Below, piece after piece: positions 29,426-63,830 of a stretch of DNA of 64,000 nt. The stretch comes from the human T2T-CHM13v2.0 reference genome, Homo sapiens. Position 1 is the stretch's first letter, and each line of letters begins with the position of its first letter. A program made the position numbers and the translations under genes. Below the pieces are notes generated by a model, which saw only the letters and a list, made by a program, of their open reading frames with translations, was not told where the DNA came from and ran no database searches. The stretch lies in NCBI RefSeq assembly GCF_009914755.1, contig NC_060947.1; one strand, given 5' to 3'.

Positions 29426-29833
29426 AAAAGAAGAAGCCAAGCCACAATACTCCTGTAGTTTGCCCAAGATTCTACAAGCCTGAAATAACATTAGGAATAT
29501 AACCACAATTCCCAATTTTCAGGTTCTGGATGGGTTCACTTTAAAACTAGATCTTGCAATAGAAAACTGAAAGCATTAACAGAAGTTTCAAATGTATGAT
29601 TCTTCCAGACCCCAAATGACTAGCCTATAACCTCAAGGATCAGGTCTTTTTATTCACTGCTATATTCCCTACTGCTAGCATACAGTGCCTGGCATTTAGT
29701 TCACATTCAATAAATGTTTATTGAACATATAAATGAATTAAAAATTAATTCCCAACTGACTTTTTCTCTTTTCTTCTGGCCCATGATCCTCTTCTAATCG
29801 GCCCGGCAGACACACAAATAGCATGTAACTAAC

Positions 29834-29889
29834 CTTTTTTTGTGTTTTCCGGAACCTTTTCTTTCTGACATTCTTAAGTGGTGGCGTAA
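29834..29889 (-). CDS. TAF7L: TAF7L exon 6 (basic NLS-like segment)
   Basis: tttag|TT...AAG|gttagt; (I)TPPLKNVRKKRFRKTQKK. Confidence 0.95.
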
Positions 29890-29893
29890 CTAA

Positions 29894-30302
<409 letters not shown>

Positions 30303-30439
30303 TGACTCCTCTTAAAGAGTATCTGAGAACCTAATGAACCAAACACCTAAGTGTGGTAAGACGTCCCTGTTTCACAAGGAATTAGGATTCAGCAAATAAA
30401 TTTTAGTCAGCAGGAATGAGCAAGGGGCTGGTGACTTAC

Positions 30440-30566
30440 TGCCATGCTTCCAGACACATTTTTCTTCTCTCCCCCTTTCTTTTTTCCTGACTATATTAGG
30501 ATCAGTAGAGGCAGCTGGTTCTTCTGGAGAAAGGTGGATATCACCATCAGCAGTGCACACAAGCAT
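30440..30566 (-). CDS. TAF7L: TAF7L exon 5
   Basis: tgtag|ATG...GGCA|gtaagt; MLVCTADGDIHLSPEEPAASTDPNIVRKKERGREEKCVWKHG. Confidence 0.95.
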
Positions 30567-31004
30567 CTACATTTAACAAAGACAAAGAAGTTGACTATGA
30601 CCACGAATTTTGGGTTAGCAATCATAATCATTCTTACCACTAGAAATGCACAGAAGAGACTGATACTTGCCATTTCCAGAAAACCAAGTATTTTGTAATG
30701 TACATTTATATTCTCTCATTTTTGCAGTCTCTCTCTCTCCCTCTCCTCCCCACCACCAGCCACCAGCAGCACTACATATGAACTCTGAAGGTGCTTTGTT
30801 TTGTTTTTTTTTTTCCACGAGAGTGTTTACCACTACAGAGGGAATATATTGGAAACAGATCTTGGAACTTAGCTTAGGTTTTTTGTTTTGTTTTTAGACA
30901 AAGTCTTGCTCTGTCATACAGGCTGGAGTGCAGTGGTACGTGATCATGGCTCACTGCACCCTCGACCTCCTGGGCTCAAGTGATCCTCCCACCTCAATCT
31001 CTAG

Positions 31005-31187
<183 letters not shown>

Positions 31188-31562
31188 TGATTTAGAGAGG
31201 AAATAAGAAATCAACAGCAGAGATGATGAATAAGAACCAATTTAAACCTCCAGAGTTAACAACATACTGTTTTAATACAAAGTTCAGAAGATCCCAGCAG
31301 CTCATATGTTTCAATTAATGAAAAGTCACTATAAGTGGCAAATGGGACTCTCTATAGGCTATTTGGTCAAAATACAATACTGAAAGCTAAGGATCAAACA
31401 CCAAACGAGAACATGACATTTCATTCCTGTGCAGTCAATCTGGAAATTAGAAATGCCAAGCAGCCATTCACCAAGTGGAAAGGAGTACTGAAAGAAAGAA
31501 AAATAGGAAGAGAAAAGAATTCCTTGAAGGATGTGAGGCTAGTAAAGAAAACTAGTCCATAC

Positions 31563-31696
31563 CTGAGAAATGTCTGCTGTTTTATAAAAGGTTTTTTTAT
31601 CAAGCGTTCTCAGGCTTTCAATAACACAAGGCAAGTCAACCAGCTTAGCAGCTAGTGGGACATCTTCTACTTCAACAACTGCATGGCGCCCATCAG
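31563..31696 (-). CDS. TAF7L: TAF7L exon 4 (TAFII55_N domain core)
   Basis: ttcag|CT...CAG|gtatg; (P)DGRHAVVEVEDVPLAAKLVDLPCVIESLRTLDKKTFYKTADISQ. Confidence 0.97.
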
Positions 31697-33281
31697 CTGA
31701 AGAGAAGTAAAGATTAAAGTTGATATCTTCCCAGTGAACTCTTAAACTTCCTAAGGTTTGAATAATGAAGACTTATGTGGGACAGATTAGTCTTTCCAAG
31801 AAACCTACTATCTCTCATAATGCTAGAATTGTGTACACAATTAATAGCTTCCTAAAGAAAAGAAATGGAAAGTATATGGAGCTCTTTTTTCCTAGTTTAC
31901 GTCACTTGTGCAAAAGTAGCTAAGTTTCTTGTTAATGGATGTGAACTAAATATAGGTGAAGTAATAAATGTTTCATTCTCATCCTGAAAAGCAAATTCCA
32001 TTCATTAAAACCAATTCCTTTTTTTTTTTTTTTAGAAGCATTCAATCGTGTCATTGTACATGTGTGTTTTCAAAGGGCTGGGTGAGGGAAGGGTTGACTG
32101 ACCCTAGAATGGTGCTAATAAATCTCAAGTTAAATCTCTAATTAGCTTCATAAAGATAAAATTCTATACAACAGCCATATACTAAACTCTGAATATTGCT
32201 GCTCAGATGTCCCAAACATAAATGTCTTTTGACACAAGAGGATTCAGGTATAATCTTCTAGTATTATGTGAAAAAAGAAAGATACAAAACAATGTTTATC
32301 ATTTTGTGTGAATTAACTCTAAAAATAGAGAGATTGCTTCAATTCTAGTATTATGCATAAGAGTTTTGTCAATAAGGAAGTAACAAGAAACAGTATCAGT
32401 TATCTGTGGTATTGAGGTTGGGGCACCATAAGGAAGAAGAGTTTTATTTCTCCTTTCGAACTTTTCTTTTTCATTTGATTTTTTTATTTTTCTTTGAGAA
32501 GGAGTCTCACTCTGTCACCCAGGCTGGAGTGCAGTGGCATAATCTCTGCTCACTGCAATCTCCGCCCCCTGGGTTCAAGCAATTATCATGCCTCAGCCTC
32601 CCAAATAGCTAGGATTACAGGTGTGCACCACCATGCCCGGCTAATTTTTGCATTTTTAGTAGAGACGGGGTTTCGCCATGTTGGCCAGGCTGGTCTGGAA
32701 CTCCTGACCTCAAGTGATCCGCCCGCCTCAGCCTCCCAAAGAGCTGGGATTACAGGCATGAGCCATCACACCCAGCCTGTTTTATTTGAATTTTCTAACT
32801 ATGAACTTATATTATCTTTTTTAAAAAATGTCAGTAAGTGTTAACTAACTGGTGAGATTATGAGCCACTTTTTGTTTTCTCCTTTATATGCTTCTCTGTA
32901 TTAAAAAAAAAAAACTAGCAAAATTTATTTATTTTTGGTTGTGTGTTTTTTAGGCAGATAAACTTGTGTGGAAACATTTATTTATTTATTTACTTATTTA
33001 CTTATTTATTTACACATGCTCTTGGTGCAAATGGCCTCTAGATTCATCCATGGTGTCCCAAATGACAGAATTTTGTTCTTTTTAAAAGGCTGAGTAGTAT
33101 AGCATTGTGTATACGTATCACATTTACACTTAGGTTGATTCCATATCTTGGCTATTGTGAATAATGCTACAATGAATATGGGAGTGCAGAGAGATATGCC
33201 TTCAACATGTTGATATCAATTCCTTCTGTGAATATATTCACAGAAGTGGGGTTGCTGGATCACATGGTTGTTCTATTTTTA

Positions 33282-33646
<365 letters not shown>

Positions 33647-33995
33647 TTACATTACCACCAATAGGGTACAAAGTTTCCCTTTTCTCCTCATCCTCATTAA
33701 CAGTTGTTATTGTTCTTTTTTTTTTTTAATAAAAGCCATTCTAACAGGTATGAGGTGATATCTCGCTGTTGTTTTAATTTGCATTCCCCTAATGATTAGT
33801 GATGCTGAGCATTTTTTCATGAACCTTTTGGCTACTTGTATGTCTTCTTTTGAGAAATATCTGTTCAGATCCTTTGCCCATTTTAAAATCAGGTTATTTG
33901 TTTTCTTGCTATTGAGTTGTTTGAGTTCCTTATATATTTGGATATTAACCCCTTTATTGGATGTACAATTTGCCAATATAACAAATATTATTTAA

Positions 33996-34401
<406 letters not shown>

Positions 34402-34688
34402 TCATAAAGTTTATATATGGGAGGCTACCAGCAGTATAAAAACCCCACAGTTGACCCCCAAGTTTCCTTAAACACACTATGATAATCACTCAACTCAAGG
34501 TGCAATATTCCTACTTCCTTTCCTCTTAAAAGAAGAGGACTTAAGCCTCTCTAAAGCATGAGTCCATCAAGTCAGAGACCATATTCTATCATTTTTCACA
34601 TCCTTAGTACCAAGTACAGTGTATGGCACATAGCAATCCCTTAATAAATTATTGTTCAATGTATAGTGAATGGATATTAACTACTTAC

Positions 34689-34767
34689 GCAATAAGTCAA
34701 TTTTTAGTTTATCCTTCATCTTGACACTTTGAGAACGTGCTAGGTTCCTGACAGTACAAGCATGTTC
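34689..34767 (-). CDS. TAF7L: TAF7L exon 3
   Basis: tttag|GAA...TTGC|gtaagt; EHACTVRNLARSQSVKMKDKLKIDLL. Confidence 0.95.
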
Positions 34768-35591
34768 CTAAAAAGGAGGTAAATTGAAAAATCAGAAGAA
34801 CTAAACATCTACTTGGCAGCTAACAGAATAGATATATCAAAGAAAGCCCTCCCTTAAATAAAACTTTACACCTCCCAAATGTTACTAACAAGACCATGTA
34901 CCATGAGATACTGTGCACTGTATAAGTCAAGTTAGGATGAAGCTGACTCTAAACTCATAATTGTCTCTTAGTAGCTACAGTTAATGCTTTCTCCTAGCTC
35001 TACAATCCTGCCTCTCACTGCTACCCTTCTGTTGTAGTTGCTAAAGAAAGGCTTACCTAGTTGCAGTTTGCTTGGTATATTAAGTAACCCTAATTAGGGA
35101 AATAGGTTTCTGAACCCCATCCTTAATATAGCTGCCTAGACTAAGTAATTGCTTGAATACAGGTATCAGTGTGGGGGAAGAGAGCCAAATACTTGTTGAG
35201 ATGAGCTTTAAAAGTCTTGCATGGTGGTGAATAATGCTGGCCCTTCTCACTGCCCCTTTTGAGGTGACAGAAAGGATTTCAGAGGAGCCGTATCTTGGCT
35301 GTCCAGGGAACAGGCTGTTAGTATTGGTGGTAAGTGAATGGGTCCATCATTGTCACAGCTGTTTTGCCAGGAAATCAACCTGCATGATAGGTGGTATTGT
35401 ACAGGAGGAAAAAATGCTGCCAAAAAAGTACACGCTATGATAGGACTGCTTAACAGAACATGATTCCTGGGAAACAAATGTTCTGAGTTTTTATAGCCTA
35501 CCTGAAATAGAAATGTCAGAATCCAAGTAGAACTATAATTATAATTAAACTATAATTATGAAGATATTTGTTCTGAGATACAAGTTCTTAC

Positions 35592-35659
35592 CAGAGGCAG
35601 ACGCAATATAAACTGGTTCTCAACTTCATCAGGAACTTCATCCTGGCTTTCACTCATGT
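35592..35659 (-). CDS. TAF7L: TAF7L exon 2 (contains the short-isoform ATG at 35657)
   Basis: tcaag|AC ATG...CTG|gtaag; (D)MSESQDEVPDEVENQFILRLPL, the TAF7-family E.QFILRLP start. Confidence 0.95.
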
Positions 35660-36159
35660 CTTGATTTTGAGTTCATGAAAGCAAAAAGAAAACCATCACT
35701 AAAAACTCCTCTTGCTCCCTCTCCTGACCACTTCTGGTAGTACTGGCTAAATTATACAAGATCTTGCCCATAATCCTCACTAGAATGATGTGTGTACAGT
35801 TAGACAATACCTTATTTGACATAACTTAATTATTTCTAGACGTTACCTTAGCTCCTCTCCAATATGTGTAGATTTTCCAAAGTCAATCCAAATTACATGA
35901 TGTAATTTGATGAACAAATGAAATAAGAGCTGTTATGAAACATGATTTCGTCTTCTTAATCATATTCTTAGACTCTCAGGTAAAAGACTACAATTCAACA
36001 ACACGTTGGTGGCTACCTAAGCAAACTAACCTCTGTAGGGAAGAATGCAAACCAAAAGCTGAAATTCGCCTAGAAACCACTTGCATAAATGTTCTGTGAT
36101 GATTTGAAGTAAACAAGGGCTTGATTTTCAATATTTCACCTACATTAATGGATTAGTAG

Positions 36160-38556
<2,397 letters not shown>

Positions 38557-39059
38557 TTAAGGCTGGGAGCAGGAACAGATTATTTGAAGAACTAGCTGCT
38601 AAGCAAGATTTTATCAGATCAGTAGTAACTTTTAGATTTCTCAGCAGAACTAAAACTGGGGCATTTTGTTCATTTCCAAGCCTTTTTGGTAATTCCTCTT
38701 TTATGGAAGAAAGAATGTAAGAACTGAAACTATTTCAATGTATTTGTTTGATAAACAGACCTAATAAAAAGTCTGGTGGGAGAAAAGTTAGACAATCCTG
38801 GTTGAACTGGGTTTTAATTATTTTTTAAATTTACTTGCATTTACCTAAAAGACTAGTTGTACGGTATTCACTTTAAGAAAAAGCATCCACTTTTTTCCAG
38901 CAAGCACTCTTTGATGCCTGATTAAATTAACAGGACCCCTTACTACCATTCACCTCTAGTTCCATCTCGCTTTAGCAGAATTACAATTGGAATTATAATT
39001 GGCTGGAGGGCGCCTGGCAGCATGCTCCAGGCCATGCAAGTCAGTACACGCCTAAATGG

Positions 39060-39699
39060 GTGTTTTTTCAAGTTCGCAGTCTCCGGCTGCAGTTTAAGAG
39101 ACTGACCTCCATCCTTATCCCCGGGGCACTAAGCTTTCAAAGAGAAAGTTTGACCCCTAGGCTTTGATCCACTTTCCCTTGAAAACTTCTCGCGAGGCCC
39201 AACAGGTCGCAACGGGTCCCAGCCTTCGCGCCTCGCTGTGCAGGCTGGCTGGGGAGGGCTGCGGGGTGCACCGCGGCGGGGTGCACACTGGCGGGGCGCT
39301 GACCCGGTCCCGGCCGCCCGGTCGGCCGCCCGACTCACCCGCTCCTCCGGGAACTGGCGCCGACACCGAAAAGGCTGGGACCTGCGTCTCTGGTCTGTGG
39401 GTTCCGGACGAACCGCGCGTGGGCTCCCGCGCGGAACGTAGAGGCGAACGCTGGGCTGCCGGCGCCTGGACAGTAAAAGCGGCGCGCGCCGGCCCCTCCC
39501 CGCCTCGCCACGCCTCCGCGGCCGCGCTGCCCAGCGGACTGGAGCACGACTTCGAGGCAGTGGCCCGCTCACCGCGTGCTGGGCGGGAAGGCTCGAAAGG
39601 CGCGGAGCGCCGAGGGGAGCGCCGAGGGGAGGGCTGAGGGGGACGCGACTGCTCAGGGACCTCGCGAAGCAAGACCGAGGCTTCAAAACAAGTTACCTT

Positions 39700-39700
<1 letters not shown>
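39060..39700. promoter_or_regulatory. TAF7L: CpG island / proximal TAF7L promoter with GC boxes and E2F-type GGCGGGAA/TCCCGC motifs
   Basis: Very high GC and CpG density; gggcgggaa 39581-39589, tcccgc 39425-39430. Confidence 0.85.
39339..39480 (-). other. TAF7L: TAF7L alternative non-coding first exon (proximal CpG-island promoter; short isoform)
   Basis: Consensus donor CGG|GTGAGT at 39339/39338 inside the CpG island; 5' end approximate. Confidence 0.7.
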
Positions 39701-40756
<1,056 letters not shown>

Positions 40757-40905
40757 TTACATCCTCTGGAGAGGGACACAGGTTACGTCGCCCATTGCTC
40801 CTCAAGGGGGCCGCAATTCAAACAAATTTTGAATCGAACTAAAAGCAGTTTGTTTCTCCGAAAGAAGGTCCTCGGCTGGGGGAACAAGCTTAAAAAACCA
40901 CCTAC

Positions 40906-41161
40906 CTTTCCCTTCCTGGAAGTTTTCTGGGGCCTGGGCAGCAGCCTGGGCGCTGCTGTCCGCATCCGTTTGAGTGTCCTCGTCGGCAGGAATCTGGGTG
41001 CCTTCGTCGCCAGCAATGTCGGCGCTGCTTTCATAGGTGGTTTCAGACCCACGGTCGACAGGAATTTGGGGTTCTTGTTGGCTAGTTACTTCCGATGTTG
41101 AAACTGTTGGTGTTGAATCATTTTCTGAAGAAATGGGGAGCTGTCCCTCGGGGCACTCCAT
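40906..41161 (-). CDS. TAF7L: TAF7L exon 1 of the long isoform (acidic N-terminal extension, 85 codons + 1 nt)
   Basis: Strong Kozak GCCATGG; MECPEGQLPISSENDSTP...ENFQEGK then G|gtagg; splices in frame to exon 2. Confidence 0.92.
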
Positions 41162-41320
41162 GGCCCACCTCGTTGGGGTTGTAAAATGGCTTCCTGTGTA
41201 GTCATGTGACCTGGAGGGTTCCAGAACCTTCGTAAATGTAAAAGGTTTCTTTTATGTCTTTAAGACGTAATACTGTTAACGACATTGCCGGTGCCGGTTC
41301 AAGATTGTAGCAGCCACGTC
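41162..41320 (-). promoter_or_regulatory. TAF7L: Distal TAF7L promoter / short 5'UTR
   Basis: Minus strand: E-box GTCACATGAC (41201-41210), ETS-like CAGGAAG (41190-41196), Inr/YY1-like GCCATTTT (41183-41190), immediately upstream of the ATG. Confidence 0.55.
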
Positions 41321-41930
41321 TCCACTGCCTAACACTCACCCAAACTTAATCGCAGGGAATAAATATTTTCGGAAGACTATTCTACAATCATTTTCTTTTG
41401 GGACATGATATTTTTTCATTCAATTAAACTAGATTATCAGAGCTTCAGACCAAGACAAAATTGTTTTGATCCCTTTTAGAATCTATCTGCTAACCTTCAT
41501 TTTGGCATTGTGCCATGGGGCTACATCAGGGGTTATGCAAGAAAACAGGCCAACGAGACCAGTTTTACATTTACTATACAATATTCTTGAAGGCATTAAT
41601 TATACAAAAAAATCCTTTCATGAAAACGGAAATGAAAATTCTGTTTTTGGTAACTGAAATAGCTGAGTAATTGTTTTGACTTGTAAGGACAGTGTGAATT
41701 ATATAATTAAGTTTATGATGGCTGCTAGGAAGCTCAGAACCAAATTTGCAACCAACCTGTAATAACTAAGCCTTACTGACATATGTTGAGTTTTATCTTA
41801 AGTAACTATGTTCTCTCCCATTTCCCTAATTATTTTTTGTCTCATGCAGTAAATAACACTAAAAGCTGCTCAAAGCCTTTTCATAAGGAATCAGATATAT
41901 ACATGTTAGGTAAATGAAAATAGTACTCCT

Positions 41931-42330
41931 GGCTGGGCACAGTAGCTCACGCCTGTAATCCCAGCACTTTGGGAGGCTGAGGCAGGTGGATCACCTCAGG
42001 TCAGGAGTTCCAGAGCAGCCTGACCAACACGGTGAGAATCCCCCGTCTCTACTAAAAATACAAAAATTAGCCGGGCGTGGTGGCGCGTGCCTGTAATCCC
42101 AGCTACTAGGGAGGTTGACGCACGAGAATCGCTTGAATCCGGGAGGCGGACGTTGCCATGAGCCAAGATCGCGCCACTGCATTCCAGCCTGGGTGACAGA
42201 GCGAGACTCCGTCAAAAAAAAGAAGAACGAGGGAGAGGGAGAGGGAGAGGGAGGAGAGGGAGGAGAGGGAGGAGAGGGAGGAGAGGGAGGAGAGGGAGGA
42301 GAGGGAGAGGGAGAGGGAGAGGGAGAGGAA
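41931..42330 (+). mobile_element. AluS with a tail expanded into a (GAGGGA)/(GGAGAGGGA)n homopurine repeat
   Basis: TSD aaatagtactcct at 41918-41930 and 42329-42341 brackets Alu plus the GA tract. Confidence 0.92.
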
Positions 42331-43104
42331 ATAGTACTCCTGACAAAAGTGTCTCAGGGAGCATCTCTGTGGGTAGAGGAGGGGAGCACAATAACTGCTC
42401 ACTTATAAATTCAATCATCCAACAAATGTTAATTGAGAATTTAGTGTGCCAGATCGGATTTGAAACATTTATTAAATGCTTAAAATATGGTTAAGTGTTT
42501 CATGGGAAGGAGGCAAAAATTATCCTTCAGAAATTTACAATCTAGTTAGAGCATACACATATGTAACTTTTTCATTATTGCCAGAGTTCCAGCCCCTTCT
42601 TAAGGAAACGGGGAAATATAAAGTGGAAGAAAGGAAAGGATATGAATTATGGTTTCTCTTTGGTAGAGGAGAGTTGATCCAAGAAGCAACATGATGTACA
42701 AATACAGAAAAAACTGTCCTATACATACTATCATATTATCAGGTACACAGAGAGTGTGTTTCCGGGTTCTAGTCTGTCATGCTGCAGTTTCTTTTTAATA
42801 AGTTCTTTTGCATGCCTTTCCCTATAAAGCACTCTTCCCCCTCCCTAACTATGCTTCAGTTTCATCATTATAGCAAATATGCAGTTGCATGTGTTCCTTC
42901 AATAGAAGTTTATTAGGTATCGGGAATTGTCCTAAGGTCATTAATAGCTAACATTCACTGAGTGTTTATGTGCTAGACTCTTTGCTAGTGCTTCGTATGT
43001 TATTCATTTAACCCTCACAATTGCCCTCTGAGTTTGGTATGATTATGATTCTGTTTATTGATTTTTGTTTTCAGATTAGCAAACAGATTTTAAAAGGTTA
43101 ATTA

Positions 43105-43883
43105 GCCCTATCTTTCATCATATACAAAAATCAACTCAAAATGGATCCAAGACTTAAATGTAAGACCTCGCACTATGAAACTACTAAAAGACAATATTAG
43201 GGAAACTCTCCAGGACGTTGGACTGGGCAAATTTTTTTTTAAGACCTCAAAAGCATGGGTGACAAAAGCAAAGATAGACAAATGGGATCACATCAAGGTA
43301 AAAAGCTTCCGTACAGCAAAGGAAACAAACAACAAAGTGAAGAGACAACCCACAGAATGGGAGAAAATATTTGCAAACTATCTATGTAACAAGGGATTAA
43401 TAACCAGACTATATAAGGAACTCAAACAACTCTATAGCACAAAAAATAATTAAATAAAAATAAACAGTTAATCCGATTTTTAAATGGGCAAAGACCTAAA
43501 TAGGTCTCAAAAGAATAGATACAAATGACCAACAGATACATGAAAAAATGCTCAACATTACTAATCATTAGGGAAGTGCAAATCAAAACCACAATGAGAT
43601 ATCATCTCATCCCTGTTAGAATAGCTATTATCAAAAAGACAAAAAAATAACAAATGCTGACAGGGATGCAGATAAAGGGGAACCCTTGTATACTGTTGGT
43701 AGGAATATAAAGTAGTACAGTCATTATGGAAAACAGTATGGAGGTTCCTCAAGAAACTAAAAATAGGCCAGGATGGTGGCTCACACCGGTAATCCCAGCA
43801 CTTTGGGAGGCCAAGCGGGAGGATCACCTGAGCCCAGGAATTCAAGACCAGCCTGGGCAACATACTGAGACACCATCTCTACA

Positions 43884-43930
<47 letters not shown>

Positions 43931-44990
43931 GAAACTAAAACTAGAACTGTCATTTGGCCCAGCAATCCCATCACTAGGTATAGGTATATATCCAAAAGAG
44001 AGGAAATCAGTATATCAAGGAGATCTACACTCCCAAGTTTATTGCAGCACTATTCACAATAACCAAGATATGGAATCAACCTAAGTGTTCATCAACGAAT
44101 GAATAGAGAAAGAAAATGCGGTATATAGGCCAGGCGCGGTAGCTCACGCCTGTAATCCCAGCACTTCGGGAAGCTGAGGCCGGTGGATCATGAGGCTGAG
44201 GCGGGCAGGTCACGAGGCCGAGGCGGGCAGGTCACGAGGCCAAGAGATCAAGACCATCCTGGCCAACATAGCGAAACCCCATCTCTACTAAAAATACAAA
44301 AATTAGCTGGGCGTGGTGGTGCATGCCTGTAGTCCCAGCTACTCAGGAGGCTGAGGCAGGAGAATTGCTTGAACCTGGGAAGCGGAGGTTGCAGTTAGCC
44401 GAGATCACACCACTGCACTCCAGCCTGGGTGACAGAGCGAGACTCCGTCTCAAAAAAAAGAAAAAGAAAAAGAAAATGTGAAATGCGGTATATATACACA
44501 ATGGACTATTGTTCAGCCATAAAAAGGGTGAAATCCCGTCATTTGCTGCAACATGGATGGAACTGGAGGTCATTATGTTAAGTGAAATAAGCCAGACATA
44601 GACAAATACTTCATGTTCTCACTCATCTGTGGGAGCTAAAAAAGTAGATCTCATGGAGGTAGAGAATAAAATGGTGATTACCAGAGGCTAGGAGGGGAGA
44701 ATGAAGAGAAGTTGATTAAGGGGTATAAAAATACAGTTCAGTAAAAGTAATAAGTTCTAGTATTCAGTAGCACATTAGGGAAATTATACTAAACAATAAC
44801 TCATTGTATATTTCTAAATAGCTAGAATAGAAGAATTGTAATATACCCAATACAAAGAAAAGGTAAAAATGTTTCAGGTGATGGATATCCGAATTACCCT
44901 GATTTGATCATTACACATTGTAGACAGGTATCAAATATCACACGTATCCCCCAAAATATGTACTACGATTATATATGAATTAAAAAGAAA
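43105..44990 (+). mobile_element. L1MA/L1PB 3' portion with inserted FLAM+(TAAA)n (43766-43930) and Alu (44128-44476)
   Basis: ORF 43175-43453 gives L1 ORF2 peptide [19 protein letters not shown]...[13 protein letters not shown]. Confidence 0.9.
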
Positions 44991-46479
44991 TATGTAAATT
45001 GTGGATAAATTTGATCAGTTATTTATAATAATTAAAATTCTGTTTTCTAGGTATTAGATTTTGGTTTTATACACAGACTCTAAACTTCTAATTATTTCAA
45101 TATACTTTTAAATATAAAATAACCTACAATTTTTCTTAATATTATATATTAGCAGTTAAGCCTAGAGTGTGATTTTTCTTCTCAGATCTATGTATATGCC
45201 TAAACTATATTTTATTTAAGTGTATTATGTACGTAATATAGGAGAGACAAGAACTCAACATAAAATCAACAAAAAATGGATATGTAATAAGAAGTCCATT
45301 TTATTTTTGATGCTTACTATGCATCAGAATCTTTTGGGAAGCTTTTTTAAAAATGCAGATGTAAAGTTCCTAGCTTTTCAGAGACTCTGATTCAGTTGTC
45401 TTGGGGTGAGGCATGGGTATTGCTCTAGGTATGTTTTTAAATTTCAGATTTCACATTATTCCAACGTGTAGCCAGGATTGAAAGCCGTTGTATATCTAGT
45501 TTCCTTGGAGCATGGGCAAAGGAGGAGTCAAAAAGAATTGACTTTTTATATCCTGCACTCTCTAGGAGAGAGAGTCTGAAACTGGGAGATGTGAACAACT
45601 TTTTCTAGAAAGACAGGTACTGTCTGCTGTGTCTCACAAAAGTCTGGATTAGATTTTGCTTAAGACAATCCACATTTCTTTGCTAATTACTAACTTTACA
45701 AGTAACATCAGCCTCCTTGATACTTCAAAACTGTAAAAGGATGTGCCTGAAATAAGGTGTTTAAGTATTCTTTCTAGATACTTGAGTATCTAAAATTGTC
45801 ATTCTAGTTTATCTATTGGTATACCTTGTGAGTTTGCTAACAAGGGGAACTGACAAGATCGAGTTTTAAAGTTGTGAGTCTGAATACTGGATCCCGATTC
45901 CTGGTAAATTTACCAAATTAGCTGGGCTAGGTGGCTTATCCCTATAGTCCCAACCCTTCTGGAGCCTGAGGTGGATGGATCGCTTGAGCTCAGGAATTCG
46001 AGACCAGCCTGGGCAACATGGTGAAATTCCATCTCTGAAAAAACTACAAAAATTAGCTAGGCATGGTGGCATGTGCCTGCCGAGATAATCGGGAGGCTGA
46101 GGTAAGAGGATCGCTTGAGCCTGGGAGGTCGAGGTTTCAGTGGCCTGAGATAGTGCCACTACACTCCAGCCTGGGTGATAGTGTGAGATCTTGTCCCCCC
46201 CCAAAAAAAAAGTATTAAATTAGTGACCCTGTATTATCTCTTAACAGTTAGATATTCTACATTTATTGATATAAAATTTATGAAGCCCTGAAGAATTTGC
46301 AATAAAATTTTGTAAATAAATAAATAAAAATATGTAATTAAAATTAAAAAGTTAATTAACTCGACCCATGTCGCACACCTAATAAAGGGCAGAGCCAATA
46401 ATTTATTTAAGCCCAGTTTCATTTGATTCTCAATACTACCTATGTCTACATATTCAGATCTCTCCCACATAATTAGATT

Positions 46480-53262
<6,783 letters not shown>

Positions 53263-53369
53263 TCCCTTGGGTTTTCTATGTATACAAGCACACATGAGTG
53301 AAAAGAGATAGAAAATTTAATCTCATTTTTCCCCACTATATATACGTTTTTTCTATCTTATTTCATTCT

Positions 53370-62920
<9,551 letters not shown>

Positions 62921-62924
62921 TTAG

Positions 62925-63830
62925 CAAAAATGACAGAGTAGGGAACTCCAAAAGTCTATCCCTTCACAAAAGCGGAAAATAAACCAGCAAACAGTGTCAA
63001 AATCAACTTTATCAGAGCTCTGGAAACTAATCAAAAGCTTATGACAACTATACTTGTTCATGATGTCATGGAAAATGGCAAAACAGGGAACCCCAGGGCT
63101 CCATCTCTCCAAAATCAAACAACAAGCTGGCAAAGACTGTCAATTTTTGCAGAACTCTGGAATTTAGTCGAAAACTTACAACAAGCAGGGGAAAGCTTAA
63201 TGAAGAAAGAAGCAGCTACATTGCAGTAAAAGAATGCTCTGGTGTTTTTAATCACCTGCTTGCCAACTCCCTGCTTTAGATCAGCAGCAGCCATGAAGGT
63301 AGCATCCCACACTCCTGGTATAACTTTATAGTGCTGGAGGGAGCAATGCAGACCTTATTTCCAAATGTGATTTTATGCTTCAACCTGACTAGTGGTTCTC
63401 TCAAGAACTGGTGCAAGGACCTGCCTCATTTCACCCAACTTGGAGCATTCTCAGAAGCAGGTAGCTTTTGCTGAAAGTATTTGAAGGCACAATATTGTCT
63501 GGAGCAGCCTGGGGAAAGAGATAACAGTCAGAACAAATAATAGACTGAAGGAAGGAAGAAGATCGGAAAGGAAATATGTGGGGAAATAAGGGATTTTAAC
63601 AGCTCCTGTGTATACCAGAGAGTTGAAAAAGGCCACATGCACGCCAGGCGCTCATGCTCAGAAACATGCTCAGAAAAGGGCCGAGAAGAACCTAAGTTTT
63701 CACCTCTGGCTGACGTCAGGATCCATGTAAGCAGGAACTGAACGCCAAGGGAGAGCTGTAAACGAACTGGCTAAGCATTGAGTCCCCCAGTACAAAACTA
63801 GTCTGAAAACGGAGTAATTTTTTCTTCCTC
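62925..63830 (+). mobile_element. Probable 5' UTR region of an old L1 (L1MC/MD-like)
   Basis: aatcaactttatcagagctctggaaactaatcaaaagctt motif, internally repeated at ~63140-63185. Confidence 0.5.

Noticed and set aside
35058-35501. Possible cryptic TAF7L exon (ttctatttcag acceptor, gtaagc donor) in intron 2
   Set aside because: Long, with no TAF7-like coding signal; exons 2 and 3 already splice in frame.
42106-42418. GEG/LPL/SLS repeat ORFs
   Set aside because: Translations of the GA-rich Alu-tail microsatellite.
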